DNA of 64,000 nt. Source: Bacteroides sp. SM23_62_1. GTDB lineage: Bacteria; Bacteroidota; Bacteroidia; Bacteroidales; SM23-62. The position numbers and the translations under genes are program-made. Below the pieces are notes generated by a model. It did not search any database, was not told where the DNA came from, and saw only the letters and a list, made by a program, of their open reading frames with translations. Positions 20,366 through 29,759 of the stretch are shown here, piece after piece; position 1 is the first letter of the stretch, and each line of letters begins with the position of its first letter. The stretch spans positions 855 to 64,854 of the forward strand of contig LJUQ01000001.1 in NCBI GenBank assembly GCA_001304505.1. The letters are read 5' to 3'.

Positions 20366-20800
20366 TCATTTCGTCACATATGACAATATGCCCACTGCCT
20401 GTCCTTCCTTACCTTCCTGGAAAGAGATAAATACATGGTAAATACCGGTTTTCTGGCACATGAAGTTAAAAGGATTATACTCCTCACCTGTATCTTTATT
20501 GTAGGAACTGAATATTAATTTATTACTATCGTATAGCTGAAGAATAGCTTTTCCGTTTGATCCTTCTGCCGTACAGATTGAAAAGCGATAAATATTGTTC
20601 TTGCTTAGCACAAGAGGGTATCTGGCAACAGGAGGGAGCTGGCTGGGTTGTGCAGCTTCCAGAATAACCTGGAAATCTTTTAAATAGGTTGCATCTTTTC
20701 CTGAGTTTGCAGAGCATTGTTCAATAAAATCTGAGCTGAATTGTGGAAATAATTGTGCAGACAGGAATAATGCAAAGAATATCAGTATATATCGTCTCAT
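20366..20800 (-). CDS. Hypothetical secreted protein
   Basis: 144 aa with an N-terminal signal peptide (MRRYILIFFALFLSAQLF). Starts 1 nt after the upstream gene's stop. Confidence 0.5.
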   Translation of the reverse strand: MRRYILIFFALFLSAQLFPQFSSDFIEQCSANSGKDATYLKDFQVILEAAQPSQLPPVARYPLVLSKNNIYRFSICTAEGSNGKAILQLYDSNKLIFSSYNKDTGEEYNPFNFMCQKTGIYHVFISFQEGKEGQAVGILSYVTK

Positions 20801-20801
20801 G

Positions 20802-21707
20802 TCATATAGAAATTAACTGGTTTCTGATTTGTTCTGTTTTACGGATTATATTTTTAAGCTGGTTATCGGTTATATTTACGACACTTTCCTCTTTTTGAAC
20901 AATCATGATCATACCATCCTGTTCTACTGTTTCCGGTTCACCCATTTTATAAGTAATCTCTATATTATCAAATTCATTTTTTAATTCAGACAGGGTTTTG
21001 ATCATATCAGCGATGGCTTCATGGTCTTTATAGTTGTTCAGGATAAGCATAATATTATTCAGGTTTATCTTTTGTTCCCCTATCCTTTCATTAAGCTCAT
21101 TACTCCTTTTTTCTTCAGCAACCTGGGTGACTAAGTACATTCCCTCAATCCATGTCCCGGCAATCATCAGGGCGCTGAGATGGCCACGGTTATTTTCCCT
21201 GAGATAGGAATCCATGTTATTAAAGCTGTTGACAGAGATAAACATCAGAGAGTCGATATTTTCCCGGCTTGTTGCCAGCCTTTTAAGGGTGTTGAAATCA
21301 AAAAACTGGCCGACCTTAAGGCCATCGGCAAGTTTATTGATGGCGGTAAGATAGTCAACAATCTGTGTGCTTTTGTCATAAATATTCAGGTATCCGAGAT
21401 CAGCACCGAACACTCCCAGGCTGTATGCCATCTTAAAGCTTGTATTGTATTTGTCAACGTAATCGGTGGTGGACAGATATTTGGTTGAAAAAGGTATGCC
21501 AAGCTCTTTTATCAGCGCAGCCATTTCAATCGGGGATGATACGTTCTGCACAATTTCCTCAAGGGCTTCACTGGAGATGGTAAGGGTTTCTGTCATCAGC
21601 ACTGAATCAGGAACTTCAAATTCAGCACCCGGCTGTCTTCCCTGCCTGGATTGGCAGGAAAAGAGCACCAGAACAGAAAGATACAGAAAGATTAATTGTC
21701 TGAACAT
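20802..21707 (-). CDS. Hypothetical lipoprotein
   Basis: 301 aa. Signal peptide with a lipobox-like LFSC. Predicted mostly helical, with no known motif. Confidence 0.55.
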   Translation of the reverse strand: MFRQLIFLYLSVLVLFSCQSRQGRQPGAEFEVPDSVLMTETLTISSEALEEIVQNVSSPIEMAALIKELGIPFSTKYLSTTDYVDKYNTSFKMAYSLGVFGADLGYLNIYDKSTQIVDYLTAINKLADGLKVGQFFDFNTLKRLATSRENIDSLMFISVNSFNNMDSYLRENNRGHLSALMIAGTWIEGMYLVTQVAEEKRSNELNERIGEQKINLNNIMLILNNYKDHEAIADMIKTLSELKNEFDNIEITYKMGEPETVEQDGMIMIVQKEESVVNITDNQLKNIIRKTEQIRNQLISI

Positions 21708-21796
21708 GGTATTTGGTAGTTATATGTAAGAAAAACAAAATTAAAAATAATTCTTTTTAATGAAGAGATTGCAATCCGGGTGAAAATTAAATATGT

Positions 21797-21850
21797 ACTC
21801 ACCCCCCTGCCCTCTCTCGAGAGAGAGGGGAGAACCAATGGGGGGTAAGT
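21797..21850. repeat. Nested palindromic repeat, copy 3 (inverted orientation)
   Basis: actcacccccctgccctctctcgagagagaggggagaaccaatggggggtaagt. Its reverse complement aligns with copies 1 and 4, including the TTGGTTC core. Confidence 0.7.
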
Positions 21851-21858
21851 CCTGAATC

Positions 21859-24800
21859 TTAGTTTTTCCGGAATCCCTGTACAAGTTTTTTTAAAAGGTC
21901 TAAATACAAGGTGATGTAGAAAAGGATGGTCAGAAACCAGATAAATCCCATATTGAACCAGTATGTATCAAAGTACCTTCCTAAAAAATATTTTCTTGGT
22001 GCAAAGAAATGGGATCTGAAGCCAAACCAGTTCCGGGGGAAAGGATCCTTATAAACAGGATCGATCTGCTGAATAAGTCCGTTCCTGTATTCAACCATCT
22101 TATTCTTTTCAAAGACTTTTCTCACATGTTCCTCAACGGTCTCATTATGATACATATCCTTCATGCGGTTGTATAATCCCGGTCTTTGTTCCATAAAGTA
22201 CATAACCATATTTTCTCTCTGGTTCGTAGCCGTCACAAATTCCCTGGAATAGTGTTCATCCAGTTTTTCAAGATGAAGCTTAATCTGGTCTAGTAATTTC
22301 CCGTTTATCTTTTCCGGTGAAATATCTTCAACATTTTGAAAAATTATATCAGGAACGAGAATATTTTCCTTGCTGATCTCATTTTTCAGGAGTACCAGAT
22401 CATTTATTGTTTCACTAACAGAACCTTTCAAGTCAAATTCATCTCTGTTTTTTTCGAGGCGGTTGTTTAATTCAGGAAGCAGATATACCTGTTTAAAATC
22501 CGCAACACTTTCAGCCTTTTTAATAGGATAGAATTGTTTTTGAAACTGATTATCCTTGAACTGGCGTACCATCAGTGCTTCATATGACCACTTTGTTGGC
22601 ATAATTTCAGCGATCCAGGGAACCTTATCAACGCTACCGACAACCCTGTTGAGCTTATCAAAACTGAACATGGCGCCACTCAGCACCATCATGGGGATCA
22701 TGATAAGGGGGATGATGATATAAATGGTGATTGCTGAATTAAAAGAAGCTGAAACATTTAAACCGATCAGGTTGGCACATGCTGCCGTAGTAAAGAGGGC
22801 AAACCAGTAATAAAATGTCATTCCATTAATGCCAAGAACGGTATTCCCGATAAGGATATATGTAATTGCCTGTATTGCTGAGATTAGAAAAAGGATAAGA
22901 ATCTTGGATAATAAATAGGATGATTTACTCAGACTGAGAAATGATTCGCGTTTCAACATTTTTCTGTCTCTGAAAATCTCTTCTGCGCTGACAGTAAGTC
23001 CGAGAAAGAGAGCAACGATCAGGCTCATAAAAATGTAAACAGGAATATTTTCATTTTCTCTGAAGATATATATATCGGAATTAGGATCGGCAATATAGCG
23101 GATGATATAGGACAGGATGAATCCAAGGACCGGCGCTTCAAGCATGGTTAGCAGGACATACTGCCGGTTGCTTATTTTGGAAAGGAAATCCCGGATTGAG
23201 AAAATTCCGAATTGTGATAACCAGCCAGGAATCCGCAGGTTCCTGGGTGGTGATTCAGTAACAATTTCCGTGGTGGTAATCTTCTCCTGCTCAGAAAAAG
23301 TTCTCGCCCAGGTTTCGGGTATCATTTTCCGTTCCTCGGTATCATTACCAAACTCATCCACCACACGGGATTCAATGATATTAAAGATCATCTCAGGATT
23401 AACATTACCACAGACAGGGCATTCACCGATATCACTGTTTATCTGGGCATCGATCCTTTTGAAATACATAATTGCTTCAACCGGATTACCATAATAGATA
23501 AGGTATCCTCCGATATCCAGGAAAACAATATTGTCAAACATCTTAAAGATCTCGGAAGAGGGTTGGTGGATGACTACGAACACAAGTTTTCCTTTCAGAG
23601 CCAGTTCACGCAGGAGATCCATCACGTTCTCTGAATCTCTTGAAGATAATCCGGATGTTGGCTCATCAACAAATAATATGGAAGGTTCCCGTATCAGTTC
23701 CAGCGCAATATTCAAACGTTTTCTCTGGCCTCCGGAAATGAATTTGTTAAAAGGTGATCCAACCTTCAGGTCCCTGATCTCTCCGAGGCCCAGACTTGCC
23801 AGTGTTTTATCGGTTAATTCCCGGATCTCTTCATTTGTCTTATCCCGGAAACAAAGTTTTGCATTAAAGTATAAGTTCTGAAAAACTGTGAGCTCCTCAA
23901 TCAGAAGATCATCCTGCGGGATCAGTCCGATTACTCCCTGAAGTTTTGCCTTATCCTGGTAAAGATCAACACCATTTATAATAATACTGCCGGTGGTGGG
24001 TGGTGTAAGGCCTGATAATATATTCAGCAGGGTTGTTTTGCCCGATCCGCTGGATCCCATAATACCAATAAGTTTGCCCTGTCCTTCTGAGAAGTTGATG
24101 TTCCTGATACCGGGTACACCATCAGGGAAGAGATAAGTGATATCCTGAACCTGGTAAGAGATCCGTATGGTGGTTTTATCTTGGAGATAATGTGAGGCAA
24201 CATCGCTGTAATAGACAGGCATGCCTTTTGGTAGTTTGACTGTACTACCACTGGCGAACAGGTAAATCCTCCTGTTACTGATGATCAGGCCATTCAGATA
24301 AATGTCTTCGTTACCTGTATATTTAATAAAATATAATCCGACACTGGGGATCATCAGGATAATTATCTCACCATCGATCTTTTCTGTTGGGATGTGAAGG
24401 AAATCAGGTGGGATATCCCCGTCATCATTAATAACCAGAAAATTCTTCCCATTAATCTTTTCAGGAGAATTTCCTGTTACAAAATATTCTATGTCGGCTT
24501 TTTCATTTTTATCAATCTTGAACACTTCAGCCACCGTTGTGATGATGGCCATTCTCTGATCGGTGAATTTTCTATTCGCGTTTACCAGCTCATACAACCT
24601 GACCAGTACAATTACTTTCTGTGTCTGGTTAAGTGTACTGGTAATTTTTTTACAGATACCAAGAATCTTTACAGAATCGAGAACAGAAGTGAGCTTGATT
24701 TCTCTTGATCCCGAATTATCTTGATCAAGGTCATTTAAACCGGCATATTCTTTAAAAAGTGAATAATATTCATCATATTTAGTATCTGCTATCTGCCTTT

Positions 24801-24906
24801 TAAGGAAACTCCTGACATACCTTTGCTCTTCTTCCTCCACTCCACCATCCTGCTTGGTGATAAGTGCGAAAAGTTGCATCAGGGCTTTCAGGATCTCCTC
24901 ACTCAT
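21859..24906 (-). CDS. ABCG-like fused ABC transporter (ATPase + ABC-2 permease) with a 260-aa N-terminal regulatory extension
   Basis: 1015 aa. Walker A GSSGSGKTT, signature SGGQRKR, Walker B ILFVDEPTSGLS, then about 6 TM helices. The N-terminus has a helical TerB-like segment followed by a beta-rich FHA-like segment (IYLNG...GSTVKL); both N-terminal assignments are tentative. Confidence 0.85.
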   Translation of the reverse strand: MSEEILKALMQLFALITKQDGGVEEEEQRYVRSFLKRQIADTKYDEYYSLFKEYAGLNDLDQDNSGSREIKLTSVLDSVKILGICKKITSTLNQTQKVIVLVRLYELVNANRKFTDQRMAIITTVAEVFKIDKNEKADIEYFVTGNSPEKINGKNFLVINDDGDIPPDFLHIPTEKIDGEIIILMIPSVGLYFIKYTGNEDIYLNGLIISNRRIYLFASGSTVKLPKGMPVYYSDVASHYLQDKTTIRISYQVQDITYLFPDGVPGIRNINFSEGQGKLIGIMGSSGSGKTTLLNILSGLTPPTTGSIIINGVDLYQDKAKLQGVIGLIPQDDLLIEELTVFQNLYFNAKLCFRDKTNEEIRELTDKTLASLGLGEIRDLKVGSPFNKFISGGQRKRLNIALELIREPSILFVDEPTSGLSSRDSENVMDLLRELALKGKLVFVVIHQPSSEIFKMFDNIVFLDIGGYLIYYGNPVEAIMYFKRIDAQINSDIGECPVCGNVNPEMIFNIIESRVVDEFGNDTEERKMIPETWARTFSEQEKITTTEIVTESPPRNLRIPGWLSQFGIFSIRDFLSKISNRQYVLLTMLEAPVLGFILSYIIRYIADPNSDIYIFRENENIPVYIFMSLIVALFLGLTVSAEEIFRDRKMLKRESFLSLSKSSYLLSKILILFLISAIQAITYILIGNTVLGINGMTFYYWFALFTTAACANLIGLNVSASFNSAITIYIIIPLIMIPMMVLSGAMFSFDKLNRVVGSVDKVPWIAEIMPTKWSYEALMVRQFKDNQFQKQFYPIKKAESVADFKQVYLLPELNNRLEKNRDEFDLKGSVSETINDLVLLKNEISKENILVPDIIFQNVEDISPEKINGKLLDQIKLHLEKLDEHYSREFVTATNQRENMVMYFMEQRPGLYNRMKDMYHNETVEEHVRKVFEKNKMVEYRNGLIQQIDPVYKDPFPRNWFGFRSHFFAPRKYFLGRYFDTYWFNMGFIWFLTILFYITLYLDLLKKLVQGFRKN

Positions 24907-24962
24907 GGTTATTCAATATTTAATGCACTTAATATTGTAGGATTAAATACTATTAGAATATC

Positions 24963-25337
24963 TCAATAGCTTATTATTTCAAAAGGAATCCTGATCATTT
25001 CCGAGTATTCCATTCCGGCTTCCTGCATGTCTTCATCATCTTCCAGATAGAACCATTTTACCAGCACATCATGGCCTTCTTCAATCATTTCCTCAAACAT
25101 TGTAAGAATATCGAGTATTACTTTGGATGAGGCTGTATTAAAATAGGTCAGTTTGAAGTTAAAAACTGTTTTTTGAGCCGGATTATGTGCATATTCCTCA
25201 ATCCACCTGAGGACCGGTTCATAAAATGTATTAACATCTTCCGGAAGTGATCTTCCTGCAATTTCAAAAAATTCATTATCCACATCAAGTATTACCTGCG
25301 GAGTGTCATCTGTTTTATCAATTTTCAATGGTTCCAT
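24963..25337 (-). CDS. DUF1987 / SiaC-like partner-switch phosphoprotein
   Basis: 124 aa. TPQVILD...EIAGRSLPEDVNTFYEPVLRWIEEY and KLTYFNTASSK are hallmark DUF1987 motifs. Confidence 0.75.
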   Translation of the reverse strand: MEPLKIDKTDDTPQVILDVDNEFFEIAGRSLPEDVNTFYEPVLRWIEEYAHNPAQKTVFNFKLTYFNTASSKVILDILTMFEEMIEEGHDVLVKWFYLEDDEDMQEAGMEYSEMIRIPFEIISY

Positions 25338-25347
25338 GAGGGGAATT

Positions 25348-25932
25348 TTATTTAATTCTGGGTATGATGGCTGTTAAAAGAAAAAAAGATAATTTATCCG
25401 TTAAGGGCAGAAAATGATATTCAAGTTTGTTCCCGGTTTTTCGCCGTATATCTATCAGTCCAAGGCCTGCTCCCCCTTTCTCTGACAGGGTTCCATCCCT
25501 CATTTGTTTCATATAAAGATCTTTCAGATGGGAATCATCCATTTCATTAATATTGTCTAACATTTCTGTTAATACCAATATTTTCTCCTTTAAAACAGCA
25601 TTCCCGGTTGTGATCTGAAAAGCTTCAGCAGTGTTGCTCACCAGGAAAATTCCTTTTCCAGAATAAAGATAATTGCCTGATTCGTAAACATCGGCATGTC
25701 TGCTGATATTTTGAAGGCATTCAACCAAAACATGAAAAACAACACGCTGAACACTGGCTGCTTCCTCATTTTCTTCCATTTGAGCTTCGGCCAGGGAGAT
25801 GAAAGCTTTGGTTATCTGATGGGTAATCTTACCCTCATAAACCAGCTTTATTTCATTTGTCTTCATCGACTGGTAGAGATCGAAGACATATTCAAGAAAA
25901 CCGGTTATTTCCTGTTTGGGTTTTGCTGGCAT
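25348..25932 (-). CDS. SiaB-like protein kinase (HATPase-fold, anti-sigma-kinase-like)
   Basis: 194 aa. YEGKITHQI...VFHVLVECLQNISRHA...GGAGLGLIDIRRKTG resembles the SiaB/DUF6272 family. Sits 10 nt upstream of the DUF1987 gene. Confidence 0.7.
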   Translation of the reverse strand: MPAKPKQEITGFLEYVFDLYQSMKTNEIKLVYEGKITHQITKAFISLAEAQMEENEEAASVQRVVFHVLVECLQNISRHADVYESGNYLYSGKGIFLVSNTAEAFQITTGNAVLKEKILVLTEMLDNINEMDDSHLKDLYMKQMRDGTLSEKGGAGLGLIDIRRKTGNKLEYHFLPLTDKLSFFLLTAIIPRIK

Positions 25933-26330
25933 TATTATGTTTGTGTTGAGACTAAATTAGTAAAATTAATAGAATGAGGTTAAAATACCGGTGGTGTCTT
26001 AGACTAATTGGCTTTGGATTTTTTCATTCCCTCATCCCGCTATGTGAATTTGGGGCGTTATCATAACTTAGAAATTTGGAATTATTTCTATTACAAGGCT
26101 TTTAAAAAATTCTCTCAGATCAACCTGGGTCTGACACGGCTCCGCCTGGGGCGGAATCCCTGCCTGCTCCGAAGGCTGGCCGATTTGGCATACAGGTACG
26201 AGAAATAATTAATTGTTTTCACCAATACATTGACATGGAGTTGTTTTACAGCCCTATACAGAGAGGGTAATAAATGTTTCCTGATTTGCAACAAACCAAT
26301 CAAGCTTTCAAGAGATTAACTGGCTTTAAA

Positions 26331-28958
26331 TTAGAACTCAATCCCTATTATCAGCACATCATCAATCTGTTTTGCATTGCCCATCCATTCTTCGAAATCC
26401 TGTCTGAAGTGATGATAATACTGATTCATTGTAAAATGATGGTTTTTGGAAATAATATCACGTATTCTTCCTGGAGCATATTTTTTATTTTCCGGACCAC
26501 CCAGTTGATCAGGCAAACCATCGGTATAGAAAAAAATCTTATCTCCCGGCTGGTATTGAACAACATGATTTGTAAAATTCTCTTCAGCTCTTTTTTTACT
26601 TGGTATTCCTCCAATGGCCTTACGATCCCCTTTATATTCAATAAGTTCTTTATTTCTTAACAGGTAAAGTGGGCGGTGTGCACCTGAAAACTGAAGTTCC
26701 TGTCTGGCCGGAATAATTTTTAGGAATGCAACATCCATTCCATCCCTGGCATCCGCATCTTCCGAATCCTGCTTCAGGGTGTATCGAACACCCTGATGCA
26801 ACAGGTCACAGATCTCACCTGCTGTATAATCACGGTCACGGTCGACCAGGTTATTCAACAGGAAATATCCAATGAATGATAATAATGCACCCGGCACACC
26901 ATGGCCGGTACAGTCAACCGCTGCCAGGTAAATAACATCTGATTTTGGGAAAAACCACGGGAAATCGCCACTGATTACATCCCTTGGTTTATAATAAATA
27001 AATGAACGTGAAAAATGTTTCTGTATTTGTTTTATCCCTGGTAATATACTGCTCTGGATACGCTGGGCATAGTTGATACTATCCTCTATCTTCCTGTTCT
27101 TTATCTGGAGTTCCTGTTCAATGCGTTTTGCCTCTGTGATATCATGCCCCACAAATAGAATAGTTTCAAGTTCATGGTCGCTGAATTCAGGTATCGCATC
27201 AATACTCATAATCCTTTCTGAGTGCTTTTCTCCAATAGTAAGGGGGATGGTCAGCAACTGATTACTTTTAACCGGGTTTGATTTTATTGAGTGAAGAGTC
27301 TTGTTGAAATAATCTCCCAGAATATCCGGAAGCTCAATTTCCGAAATATTTTTGTTGATTATGTTTTTGGGTTGATTACTGGTATAATCTTCAATTACAG
27401 GATTGGCATAATAGAACCTTCCTTCCAGGCTGAGCCGGATAATCATGTCGAGGCTGTTTTCAGATAATGATTGCATCCTGGTTCTCATACGCTCTTCTTT
27501 TTCTGCTCGGCGCTTCTCGGTGATGTCACGTGAATTCAAAATAATTCCATTTAAAGCTGGATCATCAATGCGGTTTCTTGCTGTTGTTTCGAGAAAAACA
27601 ATCTGACCATCCTTCCTGACGAAAGTATATTGTATCGTAGGAAATTCATCAGGATTTTCAATAATATGTTGAAAAAGTGATTTCAGGTTGGATTGACCTT
27701 CCAGTGAAAGACGTTCAAAATCTTTTCCTTTCATCATTTCTTCCGGGGAGTAACCAAGAATGTTCAGGACAGAAGGGCTTATGTAAATGATTTTTAGATC
27801 TTTATCATATATGGAGATAATCTCACTGGCATTTTCAAGCAACCAGTGCAATCTTTTCTGGGCATTTTCCACCTCAAGAATCTTAGCTTCCAGTTGCTGG
27901 TTCGTTTTTTGTAATTCTTTCTGAGTGGCCTCCATGATCTCGGCGTTTTCCCGCAACTGTTCCTCATTCTGCTTTAATTCAAGCGTCATCTTCTGCGATT
28001 CTGCAAGCAGTTGTTCAGTTTTCTGGTTAATCCTGAGATTGAATACTGTTCTGGCAATGATCTCACTTAATTCTTTTACCAGCGTAATAGTCAGGTCAGG
28101 GATCGTTTCATGGAGTGATGTTATCTCCATAACACCCTGCAGATGATCGTCTGAAATCAAGGGTACCAGTAATAGGCTGGATGGTTTTTTATCACCCAGT
28201 AAACCGGATGAGATGGTAAAGTAGTCTTCCGGGATTTCGGTCCGGTAAATATAGTCCCGTTCATATGCACACTGGCCGATCAATCCGAAACCAAGTGGAA
28301 ACTCGTTTGTCTTGTATTTCTTTCGACTGTAAGCAAACGTTGATAAACTTACAAGCTTATTTGATTCTTCATGGTACAGGTAAATAGCACCTTGAATGGC
28401 ATCAATATATTTTACCAGATGCTCAAGAACATAATCTCCAAGTTCTTCCAGCTTATTATAGATTCTCAGGATATTGGAGATAAGGTTTTTTCCTTCAGAT
28501 ATCCAATTCTGCTCTGATTCTTTCTTGTGATTGGCCAGAAGATTCTCCCTCATTACGAGAAGAGATTTGCCCAGAATATCATGCTCTCCTTCAGGTTCTA
28601 TTCTTATATCATAATTGCCTTCCCCGATTTCTTTTGCAAAATAGGCATTCTTGTTAATGATTTTATCTTTACTATCGATCAGATTCTTGTACACAGAGAT
28701 ATCATAATCCCTTATTTTTAGAAAATAATAAATAACATAAGCCAGCATTACGGGAATAAGGTAAAGAATAAAAATTTCAGGATGGGTTACATGTAACCTG
28801 AGGATTTCGGAAAGACTTATTTTAAGTTGGTGATGAATCAGGATAATAAAAATGGTTAAAAAGGGGAATGCCAGTCCGGTAATGGCAGCAATAATAATTG
28901 CTGTGCGCTTATCTGGTAATTTGATTAAACCATTGGCCTTTTTATCTGGTGTTATCAT
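26331..28958 (-). CDS. Membrane-anchored GAF-PAS-PAS-PP2C (SpoIIE/SiaA-like) serine phosphatase
   Basis: 875 aa. Two N-terminal TM helices, a GAF module (GFGLIGQ...LLLVPL), a Q/E-rich coiled coil and PAS repeats. The C-terminal SpoIIE domain has GDFPWFF...AAVDCTGHGVPGALLS...FYTDGLPDQ. Confidence 0.85.
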   Translation of the reverse strand: MITPDKKANGLIKLPDKRTAIIIAAITGLAFPFLTIFIILIHHQLKISLSEILRLHVTHPEIFILYLIPVMLAYVIYYFLKIRDYDISVYKNLIDSKDKIINKNAYFAKEIGEGNYDIRIEPEGEHDILGKSLLVMRENLLANHKKESEQNWISEGKNLISNILRIYNKLEELGDYVLEHLVKYIDAIQGAIYLYHEESNKLVSLSTFAYSRKKYKTNEFPLGFGLIGQCAYERDYIYRTEIPEDYFTISSGLLGDKKPSSLLLVPLISDDHLQGVMEITSLHETIPDLTITLVKELSEIIARTVFNLRINQKTEQLLAESQKMTLELKQNEEQLRENAEIMEATQKELQKTNQQLEAKILEVENAQKRLHWLLENASEIISIYDKDLKIIYISPSVLNILGYSPEEMMKGKDFERLSLEGQSNLKSLFQHIIENPDEFPTIQYTFVRKDGQIVFLETTARNRIDDPALNGIILNSRDITEKRRAEKEERMRTRMQSLSENSLDMIIRLSLEGRFYYANPVIEDYTSNQPKNIINKNISEIELPDILGDYFNKTLHSIKSNPVKSNQLLTIPLTIGEKHSERIMSIDAIPEFSDHELETILFVGHDITEAKRIEQELQIKNRKIEDSINYAQRIQSSILPGIKQIQKHFSRSFIYYKPRDVISGDFPWFFPKSDVIYLAAVDCTGHGVPGALLSFIGYFLLNNLVDRDRDYTAGEICDLLHQGVRYTLKQDSEDADARDGMDVAFLKIIPARQELQFSGAHRPLYLLRNKELIEYKGDRKAIGGIPSKKRAEENFTNHVVQYQPGDKIFFYTDGLPDQLGGPENKKYAPGRIRDIISKNHHFTMNQYYHHFRQDFEEWMGNAKQIDDVLIIGIEF

Positions 28959-29752
28959 TTTTTCTCCTGATGAGCTTTACGTTTTGTTATGATCCCATTG
29001 GCAATGATTTTGGAAAGGTTTTTCAATGTCCATTCAGCCTGATCGTCGAAATTCTTAAAAGAAGCAAGTTCTATGATACCAATAGTATCCTTATTTACCA
29101 ACAAAGGAACAATTAGCAGATTTATCGGAGAACCGGATCCCAGTCCTGAGACTACAATCATATAATGCTCAGGAATATGATTAATGTTCATGATCGTTTT
29201 GTTCTTTGCTACCTGTCCTGTCAGACCTTCTCCTGCTTTAAATGAAGCCGGTGGCTTTTCTGAAGCCCAGGCAAATGTACTTGAGGCATAGAATTCAGTA
29301 TCTTTTTCATCCTTCAGGTAAAACACTCCCTGCACGATATCAAATTCTTTTGCCAGATTCTGCAGGATCTTCTCAGTATAACCGTCTAAAGATTCCTTAA
29401 AATCTATTTTTGGCACAACGAAAGATGCAAGATCATCAATATCGATGTCGTATGGAGCAATCATAGATTCTATGCCGGATTTAGGAATTTCTTCTGATTC
29501 AATTGCAGTTTCCGGTTTATCCTGGATTGAATGGCCCATATGAATCTCACTGATCTGTAAGATAGAGATCAGGAAAATAACAACACCACAGGCGAAAATC
29601 AGGAAAAGATAAAGGTATATAATATTGCCTATTACCACTTGCTGGTTAAGATTGATATTATTCCATAATGTTATAAAGAGAATGAAGGAACATAATGTAA
29701 GAACGATAAAGGCAATAATCATCAAGGTCCGATATTTATCTTTCCTGAACAT
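28955..29752 (-). CDS. Small membrane-anchored stand-alone GAF protein
   Basis: 265 aa. Two TM helices, then a GAF module (GEGLTGQ...SGLGSGSPINLLIVPL) paralogous to those in the two large sensors. Its stop overlaps the phosphatase start (ATGA). Confidence 0.7.
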   Translation of the reverse strand: MFRKDKYRTLMIIAFIVLTLCSFILFITLWNNINLNQQVVIGNIIYLYLFLIFACGVVIFLISILQISEIHMGHSIQDKPETAIESEEIPKSGIESMIAPYDIDIDDLASFVVPKIDFKESLDGYTEKILQNLAKEFDIVQGVFYLKDEKDTEFYASSTFAWASEKPPASFKAGEGLTGQVAKNKTIMNINHIPEHYMIVVSGLGSGSPINLLIVPLLVNKDTIGIIELASFKNFDDQAEWTLKNLSKIIANGIITKRKAHQEKK

Positions 29753-29759
29753 AAATGAC

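Noticed and set aside
26008-26303. Small ORFs (66 aa on the plus strand, 62 aa on the minus strand) in the gap between the phosphatase and SiaB-like genes
   Set aside because: Both are Arg/Leu-rich translations of a GC-rich hairpin island and overlap each other on opposite strands. A coding role is less likely than an RNA or repeat element.
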